Shown here: piece after piece, positions 10,621 through 17,121 of the stretch
How the letters are laid out: every line of letters begins with the position of its first letter
Position numbering within the stretch: position 1 is the first letter of the stretch
From: Ravibacter arvi
Lineage (GTDB): Bacteria; Bacteroidota; Bacteroidia; Cytophagales; Spirosomataceae
Direction: 5' to 3'
DNA: 24,000 nucleotides
Assembly: GCF_039540405.1 (NCBI RefSeq)
Contig: NZ_BAABEY010000001.1
Location: forward strand, 5,493 to 29,492
The notes under the pieces: generated by a model
Told to the model about the DNA's origin: nothing
Seen by the model: the letters and a program-made list of their open reading frames with translations, nothing else
Databases searched by the model: none
Position numbers and translations under genes: made by a program

Positions 10621-10660
10621 AAAGAGCCCTGAACAAACAGTTCGGGGCTCTTTTGTTTTA
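10621..10660. terminator. Rho-independent-type hairpin with flanking A and T tracts (bidirectional)
   Basis: AAAGAGCCCTGAAC-AAACA-GTTCGGGGCTCTTT is followed by TGTTTT. The stem is about 13 bp with one T/G position. The A-run upstream lets it work on either strand. Confidence 0.6.
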
Positions 10661-10831
10661 CTTCTGAACATACCAAGCATTCCCCAAACTTGGAGAAGGG
10701 TAGAGGTCAAACTTTCGATAAACCTACCCTTGTCCAATTTTGGACAGGCATACTTAACTCTGTTAACTGCTCACCGAATTGCTCACCAAAAATTTGGGCT
10801 TTTAGGAACAATTTGATGAACGGCGAACAAT

Positions 10832-10867
10832 AAAAAAGCCTGTAAATCAACGATTTACAGGCTTTTG
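10832..10867. terminator. Strong bidirectional rho-independent-type terminator
   Basis: A perfect 11-bp stem GCCTGTAAATC (10838-10848) / GATTTACAGGC (10853-10863) encloses a 4-nt loop AACG. It is preceded by AAAAAA and followed by TTTT. Confidence 0.7.
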
Positions 10868-10909
10868 ATGCTTTTTGATTTGATTCTCAGCGGGCTGGGC
10901 GGGAGTGTG

Positions 10910-10954
10910 ATCGAACCTATGGTGCCGTTGCTAGTGTTTCTGGATGAGTTGGAA
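10910..10954 (+). repeat. Left copy of a 45-bp direct repeat (partner at 17122-17166)
   Basis: ATCGAACCTATGGTGCCGTTGCTAGTGTTTCTGGATGAGTTGGAA versus ATCGAACCCCTGGTGCCTTTGTTGGTGTTTCTGGATGAGTTGGGA gives 39/45 identical in the same orientation. Looser gapped similarity (GATTC...GGGCTG) extends ~30 bp upstream. Confidence 0.8.
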
Positions 10955-11237
10955 TTGGGGTAATATTTGTGGTGGTGTGTCAGGCAAACTCATTTCGAAT
11001 GATATAGGCGGAATAGCTAATGTTAACCTCTGTTTTTGCTTTTTGTAGTCGTTTTGGGGAAACAAGTTTTAGCGTTTTTGACAGCCTTATACCAGGAGAG
11101 TCTGAGAGCTGGGTTTGCCTCTGCATCCCGGAATAGGATGGTCCGTCGGCCGGATCTTGACTCAGAGATGAGCACGAAGGCGAACCACAATGCTAACAGT
11201 TCATAGTTACATGTACCTGAGACTCTATGATATCACA

Positions 11238-12026
11238 CTACATCCACACCCTCTCTAGCGTCTGCCTAAATACTTCATTAAGCTTTTCCGTGTCAGGCTG
11301 ATTTTGTGGTCCTAACCCCCTGACGTACTCCGTGTAGAATTGGATCTTTTGTTCAAGAAAACTGTTCAGTACCTGAATTTTCGGTTCCTCATCCAGTTCC
11401 TCCCCTGACACTTTTCTGTTAAGCAGGTTCCGGATTTCATTCTCAACACCCGTATCTATCACCTGACTGTCGAGGAGCTTTTGAAACTCCATAGGAGCCA
11501 TGGAGTTGGTTTTCCTGATCCAATCGCAGGCAAGTATCGGACGCAATACGTAGAAGTATTTCTTCACGCGTACCTTCTCCCCCTGCAAATACGTCTTGTA
11601 ATTGCCTTCGGCCATATGCAGGTAATGATACAAACAGGATTTCGGGTTAAAATACATCTCCGTCAACTCCCGAAGCCTTTCAGCAAAGAAACCACGTTGC
11701 CAATAGACCATCGGACTTCTCAACCACTCCAGCATAGCAGGATTTGATTTTCGAAAAAGACGCAAGGCCTTCTTCAGTTCCCACCCGGCCAGATCGATAT
11801 CGTTGGGCAGTATTTCCTCCTGGCTATCCTTTTTGTCGTCGATGTCCAAATACCATTCAGGCTGATGAACATACATGTATCGCACATCCCAATCGCTGTC
11901 AACGGATGCGAAACCCCAAGCCCGGCTGCCGCTTTCGACAGCATAGAGGATTTTGATAGCATGTTGCTGTTCGAGGCGTAGAAGCTCCCTTTTTATTTCT
12001 TCTGTCATCACTTGCGGTATTGTCAT
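11238..12026 (-). CDS. RlaP-type (Pol-beta fold, PF10127-like) nucleotidyltransferase associated with RNA ligase operons
   Basis: The nucleotidyltransferase core reads ILYAVESGSRAWGFASVDSDWDVRYMYV (GS...D.D). It is followed by LKKALRLFRKSNPAMLEWLRSPMVY, typical of this family. The ORF opens at GTG 12095. ATG candidates are at 12026 and 12008, so the start is uncertain by about 20-90 nt. Confidence 0.8.
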   Translation of the reverse strand: MTIPQVMTEEIKRELLRLEQQHAIKILYAVESGSRAWGFASVDSDWDVRYMYVHQPEWYLDIDDKKDSQEEILPNDIDLAGWELKKALRLFRKSNPAMLEWLRSPMVYWQRGFFAERLRELTEMYFNPKSCLYHYLHMAEGNYKTYLQGEKVRVKKYFYVLRPILACDWIRKTNSMAPMEFQKLLDSQVIDTGVENEIRNLLNRKVSGEELDEEPKIQVLNSFLEQKIQFYTEYVRGLGPQNQPDTEKLNEVFRQTLERVWM

Positions 12027-12133
12027 ATGATCTCTGAAAACCGGCTTTTTACTTCGAAATGGTAATCTCCGGTGATCCTTAAAATGCAGAATCACTGGAG
12101 GTTAACCGGCCATTCGATAAACTACTAAAAACA

Positions 12134-12230
12134 GAAAGAGCGACAAGCCAGCTGTACATTTTCAGGATTCGAACCTGGGCTGTTTTCACAGCTTCTACCA
12201 GCGAAGTATTACATCTGTACAGCATCTTTC
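12134..12230 (-). ncRNA. Y-RNA-like module A (tRNA-like: D-like arm, GAAA-capped hairpin, T-arm; closed by terminal helices)
   Basis: Minus strand: GAAAGA-U-GCUGUACA...CUUC-GCUGGUA-GAAG, CUGU-GAAA-ACAG, CAGG-UUCGAAU-CCUG...UGUACAGC...GUCGC-UCUUUC, then a U5 run. The terminal helix is GAAAGA/UCUUUC and the inner 8-bp helix is GCUGUACA/UGUACAGC. It lies downstream of rsr in an ORF-free gap. Ends are approximate. Confidence 0.65.
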
Positions 12231-12238
12231 ATTTTGTT

Positions 12239-12371
12239 AAGAAGGGTAAAAAAGCAATGCATGGAATATACACCTTACGGCGCTCTGCTCTACCCACTGA
12301 GCTACCCCGCCAGGGCGGGAGCCAGACTCGAACTGGCGACACGAAGTAACACACATTTACGACACCTTCTT
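12239..12371 (-). ncRNA. yrlA: YrlA-type Y RNA module B: circularly permuted tRNA mimic (T-arm, loop-closed acceptor stem, D-arm)
   Basis: On the minus strand the T-arm is GCCAG-UUCGAGU-CUGGC (plus 12321-12337). The acceptor-like hairpin is UCCCGC-CCUG-GCGGGG (12305-12320). After UA comes the D-arm GCUC-AGUGGGUA-GAGC (12287-12302). The flanking 7-bp terminal helix is AAGAAGG (12365-12371) / CCUUCUU (12239-12245). There is no anticodon arm and no free CCA end. It sits next to rsr, as bacterial Y RNAs typically do. Confidence 0.7.
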
Positions 12372-12389
12372 ATTTCTTTATAATAATGG

Positions 12390-12514
12390 TAAGGAGCGAC
12401 AGGCAAAACGAGACGGGGGACCGCCGTTGAGGACTCGAACCTCCATCATATGTTGCCATACAATGCCCTCCCCCTCAAATGCTAGCGAAGTAACCCGTTT
12501 TTACGGCATCCTTA
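12390..12514 (-). ncRNA. Y-RNA-like module C (paralog of module A: D-like arm, GCAA-capped 9-bp hairpin, T-arm)
   Basis: Minus strand: UAAGGA-U-GCCGU...CUUC-GCUAGCAUUU-GAGG, then CAUUGUAUG-GCAA-CAUAUGAUG (plus 12444-12465), then GAGG-UUCGAGU-CCUC (12429-12443), then ACGGC...GUCGC-UCCUUA. It shares the 5' motif UGCYGUA...UACUUCGCU and the 3' motif UGUCGCUCYUU with module A. Ends are approximate. Confidence 0.65.
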
Positions 12515-12561
12515 TTTTATGGATAGAAATCAATCAGTCTGGCCTCAATTCCCCAACTCCT

Positions 12562-14157
12562 TCACAAGAAGCCGGGGGAACACGAAGCAATGTCGATACG
12601 CTCGATTTCATCTAGCGCTTTTCCGCCGTTTTCCAGGGCATCAAGCACGCCGAAGATCTTATCGCTCCATCCGGCCAGCAGGTAAACCTCATTCTGGATG
12701 ATCTGTACGGGTGGGCGTCCATACCCCATCAGGTCAAAAAGGTATAACCTTGCATCGGGCGCTACAGTACGTTTGTATTCCAGCCATAACGCGTAGATGT
12801 TTTTTGTACCGGTCATGCTGTTCCACAACTGACAGTCGGTAAATAGCATCACTTTGTCCATTACTACTTTCTGTTTCAACAGATCCTCAATCACGAGAAA
12901 ACCATTGGTGGAGTAGCCTACCTCTCCTTCCCGCCTATAAAACTCCTGTACATTTGCCAGGACGTTGTTCTTAGGCACCGGGATCAGCTTCCAGGTATCT
13001 CCAAACATCCCGACCCTTACGTTCCTGCACCGGCTTTGAAGCAGCATAGCCAACATCAGTCCTACATCATAGAGCAGGACCTTCGACTTTGGTGAGACAG
13101 GCTTCTGCATGGAGCCCGATATATCACACGCAAGCAATATCCTGGTATTTTCATCAAACCCGGCTATCACGGATGCACTTTGAACAACAGCTTTTTCAAG
13201 CGCTTCCAGTAGCTCGCCTACATATCCATCACTCCCGGTGAAAAAACTTTTCAGCTTTTCAGAAAGGCCGCTCTTTCCAGTAGGCAAAGACAGCAACTCG
13301 CGGTAAGCTGCCAGGTACCGAAAAGGGAATTGTTTTGCATTAGCCACTTTCTCCGGCGCAGAAAGCTGATCCGCTACCTTGCGGATGTGCGGGTGAGATA
13401 CGCCCGCCTCCAGCATATTCCGCAGGTTACGAAGCGTAGCCATGTGACCCAATTTCCCACTATCGATCAGTTCTTCCCATTTAGCTTTAAATGCAGCTTC
13501 CTTTTCAGCGTCACACTCATAGGAAACCTGGCCCAGGGCTGACAGCTCTGTCTCCCAGGTATAAGGTGTTTCAAGCCTGTCGTCTGCAATTTTGTTAAAA
13601 AGATGTTGCTGCGCTTCATCTTTCGGCTTCGGGTGCACCATGAAAAGCGCATCCCGCAACCGGATTTCGGCCGGACGATTGTATTTGGCAAACTGGTATT
13701 CGTCAAACCTGTTAAAAGCCGTAGACAATCCTTTCTGCAATTGTTTGGACAGGCCACCCAGCTTTTTAAAGCCTTTGCGCTTGTTTAAGACCTGGTAACA
13801 GGCCAACAGCTCCGTGATCTCGTCAGCACGTGCAATGACCTTTGCAGTAGCTTTGGACACCAGGTCGTCACCGGAATGTACCCGGGCCAGTTCGGTCAGC
13901 AGCACCAGCGGCGCTGACCGCATATACATTTTATAACGGGTGTAAACTGCCAGCTTTGCGACAAACAACGGATCATTCTCCGCTATCAGCTTCCTGACGC
14001 GCAGCAGGCGATCATTATCCTTTTCGTAAAACGAATCACTGACAGACCACGTCACTACGGCGGTATATAGCTCCATTGCAGGGTCAAGCCTGAAGGTCTT
14101 CTCTCCTTCATAGTTTTTAATCTGCATGCTCCCGTTGTTGACTGTATTAAACCTCAT
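12562..14157 (-). CDS. rsr: Ro60 ortholog Rsr (TROVE domain plus C-terminal vWA domain with MIDAS motif)
   Basis: The protein is about 530 aa. Its N-terminal two-thirds are helical and TROVE-like (FRLDPAMELYTAVVTW...FYEKDNDRLLRVRKLIAE...FVAKLAVYTR...MRSAPLVLL). The C-terminal vWA domain carries DISGSM (DxSxS). It lies next to rtcB and the tRNA-like RNAs. The ATG at 14157 is preferred over the TTG at 14199, which falls inside the upstream palindrome. Confidence 0.85.
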   Translation of the reverse strand: MRFNTVNNGSMQIKNYEGEKTFRLDPAMELYTAVVTWSVSDSFYEKDNDRLLRVRKLIAENDPLFVAKLAVYTRYKMYMRSAPLVLLTELARVHSGDDLVSKATAKVIARADEITELLACYQVLNKRKGFKKLGGLSKQLQKGLSTAFNRFDEYQFAKYNRPAEIRLRDALFMVHPKPKDEAQQHLFNKIADDRLETPYTWETELSALGQVSYECDAEKEAAFKAKWEELIDSGKLGHMATLRNLRNMLEAGVSHPHIRKVADQLSAPEKVANAKQFPFRYLAAYRELLSLPTGKSGLSEKLKSFFTGSDGYVGELLEALEKAVVQSASVIAGFDENTRILLACDISGSMQKPVSPKSKVLLYDVGLMLAMLLQSRCRNVRVGMFGDTWKLIPVPKNNVLANVQEFYRREGEVGYSTNGFLVIEDLLKQKVVMDKVMLFTDCQLWNSMTGTKNIYALWLEYKRTVAPDARLYLFDLMGYGRPPVQIIQNEVYLLAGWSDKIFGVLDALENGGKALDEIERIDIASCSPGFL

Positions 14158-14195
14158 GACATTCTTTGTTTTAATTGAATGTTCAAATTTCAAAC

Positions 14196-14224
14196 TCAAC
14201 TGCGCGGTCTTTCTGCGCAGTTGA
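14196..14224. promoter_or_regulatory. Palindromic operator-like site upstream of rsr (copy 1)
   Basis: TCAACTGCGC-GGTCTTTCT-GCGCAGTTGA has perfect 10-bp arms. It lies between the rtcB stop (14233) and the rsr ATG (14157). It is nearly identical to the site at 15727-15751. Confidence 0.7.
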
Positions 14225-14232
14225 AACTTTTT

Positions 14233-15687
14233 TTAATCCTCCGGCTTTTCTTTAGGATCGGCCATCCTGACAATCCGCGGCTGGAAGCTGGCGAGGACTT
14301 CTACCAAGTCGGATTGCGCGGCCATCACCGCATAGATATCCTTGTAAACCATCGGCGCTTCATCCAGCCCGGATCCGATCACCGTAATGCGGTTTTCCTT
14401 CAGGTTCCTGTCTACCACTGCCTTGTCGATGGTCTTAAGGGCCGCGCTCCGGCTCATCAACCGTCCAGCGCCATGAGAGGCCGAATGCAGCGACTCAGCA
14501 TTCCCTTTTCCACGAACTACAAACCCAGGGGTGCTCATGGAGCCGGGAATAATCCCGAGGGTATCCGCTCCGGCCGGGGTTGCCCCCTTGCGGTGTACCA
14601 TCACATCCGTACCGTCGGCCAGTTTTTCCTTCCAGGCGAAGTTGTGGTGGTTCTCGATGCGTCTCACCGGCGATACGCCGAGTCCTTTGGCGATCTTGTT
14701 GTGGATCTCATGATGGTTAGCCGAAGCGTAGTCGCCTGCCAGGTTCATCGCGATCCAGTACTCTTGTCCCTCGTCGCTATGAAGGTCCAGCCAGGCCAGG
14801 TGACGTGCTTCTTTTGGAAGCAGGGTCTTCTGCATCGCAATGGCCGAATAGGTATTGGCAATATTCCCGCCGAATCCCCTTGAACCGGAATGGGACAGTA
14901 AGGCCAGGTATCTTCCGGCGGGGATACCGTCCAGCGCATTTTCCGTAATCGTCAGCTCACCCCATTCCACGAAATGATTACCGGTTCCGGAGGTACCCAG
15001 CTGCGCATAAGCTTTATCCTTCAGCGCTTTTACGGTCTTGATTTCATTCCACTCCGGGCGGTCGAACAGCGTCGTATCCAGGTGTACGTTCGTTTTAGCC
15101 CCCATACCGAAGTGCGTATGCTCCATCAGCAGTTTTTCCAGTCTTGGCTTTTCGTGCTCCACCGATGCTGCCGGCAGATCGAAGATGCTCAGGCACATAC
15201 GACAGGCGATGTCCACCCCAACCGCATAGGGGATAATGGTATCCGGCTCTGTCGCCAGTACTCCACCTATCGGCAGACCGTAGCCCTGGTGCGCATCAGG
15301 CATCAATGCCCCTGCCACTGCAATGGGCAACTGGATAGCCGTACGCATCTGCGCCAGGGCGCCCACTTCTATGTGTTCCGGGCCGAAGACTGGGAAAGTC
15401 ATGATTTCCTCCTTTAACTGCTGCACGCTCCGGGCCTGTTTGATGAACTGACCTTTCGCGCGCAACTCAACGATCCGTTCGGCAAGATTCTTGAATTTAC
15501 CGTTCCGTTTCAGCGCATAAGGTTCCGGGTGCTCGATCAAGGCTTCAAGGTTGGCCATAATAGTGGCTTTGTCCATCACCTCGTGCTTCAGCAGGCCGTT
15601 GGCCACGCGGCTGAATGCTACCAGCAAGTCCAGGTCGCTGATTCCCAAAGCGCCTAATTCTCCATTGCTGATTTTTTCTCTTTCCAT
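14233..15687 (-). CDS. rtcB: RNA 3'-phosphate/5'-OH ligase RtcB (with an N-terminal extension of roughly 50-85 aa)
   Basis: Canonical RtcB motifs are present: MPDAHQGYGLPIGG, GVDIACRM, GTSGTGNHFVEWG, HSGSRGFG, NHHNFAWKE, HRKGATPA, IPGSMSTPGFVVRGKG and SASHGAGR (the GMP-histidine context). The ATG at 15687 (MEREKISNG...) is preferred over the TTG at 15720. Confidence 0.95.
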   Translation of the reverse strand: MEREKISNGELGALGISDLDLLVAFSRVANGLLKHEVMDKATIMANLEALIEHPEPYALKRNGKFKNLAERIVELRAKGQFIKQARSVQQLKEEIMTFPVFGPEHIEVGALAQMRTAIQLPIAVAGALMPDAHQGYGLPIGGVLATEPDTIIPYAVGVDIACRMCLSIFDLPAASVEHEKPRLEKLLMEHTHFGMGAKTNVHLDTTLFDRPEWNEIKTVKALKDKAYAQLGTSGTGNHFVEWGELTITENALDGIPAGRYLALLSHSGSRGFGGNIANTYSAIAMQKTLLPKEARHLAWLDLHSDEGQEYWIAMNLAGDYASANHHEIHNKIAKGLGVSPVRRIENHHNFAWKEKLADGTDVMVHRKGATPAGADTLGIIPGSMSTPGFVVRGKGNAESLHSASHGAGRLMSRSAALKTIDKAVVDRNLKENRITVIGSGLDEAPMVYKDIYAVMAAQSDLVEVLASFQPRIVRMADPKEKPED

Positions 15688-15726
15688 GAAAGGTATTTTT
15701 ATTTTGATGCTACAAACCAAACCTCT

Positions 15727-15751
15727 AACTGCGCAGTCTTTTTGCGCAGTT
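15727..15751. promoter_or_regulatory. Palindromic operator-like site in the rtcB / WYL-regulator divergent intergenic region (copy 2)
   Basis: AACTGCGCA-GTCTTTT-TGCGCAGTT has perfect 9-bp arms. It lies about 40 nt upstream of the rtcB ATG and 35 nt upstream of the divergent regulator ATG (15786). Confidence 0.7.
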
Positions 15752-15785
15752 GAATTTATTTCCTTACTTTTCTAAAAAAGTTGCG

Positions 15786-16808
15786 ATGCCTGTCAACCGA
15801 AACGCCCTCATACGTTACCGTACCATTGACCAATGCCTTCAGAACCGGTTCCGGAAATGGACCCTCGACGATCTCATTGAAGCCTGCTCGGCCGCCTTGT
15901 ATGAGTTTGAAGGGATCGACAAAGGTGTGAGCAGGCGGACCGTCCAGGCCGATATAGAAATGATGCGAAGCGACAAGCTGGGCTATGAAGCGCCTATTGT
16001 TGTAGTCGACCGGAAATACTACAGTTATGCGGACAAAAACTACAGCATCGCCCATATCCCGTTGAGCCACCAGGATCTGAAGGTGCTGACCGAAGTATCG
16101 GGCCTGCTGCAGCAATTCAAGGGCTTCAGCCATTCTACCGACCTGACCGAGATGGTCAGCAGGCTGGAGGATAAGATACACGCCCGTAAAACACATTCAG
16201 CCCCGGTCATCGATTTTGAAAAGAACGATCACCTTCGCGGCCTGGAGTATATTGAGGGCATCCGGAAAGCGATCGTTGCCCGGACAACGCTTTATCTTAC
16301 TTACCAATCGTTCAAAGCCCGGCAGGCCAGCTCATTCCACTTCAGTCCATACCTGTTGAAAGAGTACCGGAACCGGTGGTTTATGCTTGGCTTGTCACAC
16401 CAGCGGCATGCACCTTTACTCACACTGGCTTTGGACCGGATACAGGATTTTGGGGAAGACACCGGAGAGCCCCACCGGGAAAATACCCAAATCGATCTAT
16501 CCACCTATTATTCGGATGTGATCGGCGTGACCAAAACTCCGGGGCAGCGCGACTGTGAAGTAATATTCAGGATGGATCACAAAGACGCTCCTTACCTGAT
16601 CACCAAGCCGCTTCATCCTACGCAGAGGGTTTTGAGCGAAGACGCAGGAGGGAAAATTTTCAGTATTAAGGTTGTCTTGAACTTCGAGCTGGAAAGGGAG
16701 ATACTTGGTTTTGGTCCAAGAATACACGTTTTAGGTCCAAGGATTCTTCGTAAAAGGATCAGGGAACAGTTGAGAGAGGCTTTGGAGAAATATGAGTCTC
16801 CAGAATGA
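15786..16808 (+). CDS. HTH-WYL domain transcriptional regulator
   Basis: The ATG at 15786 gives MPVNRNALIRYRTIDQCLQNRFRKWTLDDLIEACS...GVSRRTVQADIEMMR, the N-terminal wHTH typical of Bacteroidota WYL regulators. The central WYL-type strand reads FHFSPYLLKEYRNRWFMLG. A C-terminal extension follows. The gene is divergent from rtcB. Confidence 0.8.
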   Translation: MPVNRNALIRYRTIDQCLQNRFRKWTLDDLIEACSAALYEFEGIDKGVSRRTVQADIEMMRSDKLGYEAPIVVVDRKYYSYADKNYSIAHIPLSHQDLKVLTEVSGLLQQFKGFSHSTDLTEMVSRLEDKIHARKTHSAPVIDFEKNDHLRGLEYIEGIRKAIVARTTLYLTYQSFKARQASSFHFSPYLLKEYRNRWFMLGLSHQRHAPLLTLALDRIQDFGEDTGEPHRENTQIDLSTYYSDVIGVTKTPGQRDCEVIFRMDHKDAPYLITKPLHPTQRVLSEDAGGKIFSIKVVLNFELEREILGFGPRIHVLGPRILRKRIREQLREALEKYESPE

Positions 16809-17121
16809 GATCAACTGTCGTATTACCTTGGAAAATAGATGCTGTTAAATAACGCGGTAACGGAAGGGAGTTCTCTGTGATCCCGCTGGGGTCGCAATTT
16901 GTATTTTAAAGCACCTGTAAGTCAGGATTTTATATCAATTCTTTGTAATGGGTAATCGAAAAGGTAGCCGAATTATTTGACTCGTTTAGACACGGGTTGG
17001 TTGTTCAATGATTCCGTGGTACTAAGATAGTGATTTGGCAAATCAATAAGATGGCAGTAAGTAATTTATTTTCACTTCGTAAGAAACTTGCGATTCAGCC
17101 CCGCTCACCGGACTGGGCTGA

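Noticed and set aside
12287-12337. Possible genuine tRNA gene on the minus strand (perfect D-arm, T-arm and acceptor-like sequence)
   Set aside because: The arms are in permuted order (T-arm, acceptor hairpin, D-arm). There is no anticodon arm, and the acceptor strands are joined by a 4-nt loop, so no free 5' or 3' ends exist. It is interpreted as a tRNA-mimicking Y RNA instead.
14179-14883. 234-aa plus-strand ORF
   Set aside because: It is entirely antisense to the high-confidence rtcB gene. It is Arg/Gly/His-rich with no recognisable motifs, a typical shadow ORF.
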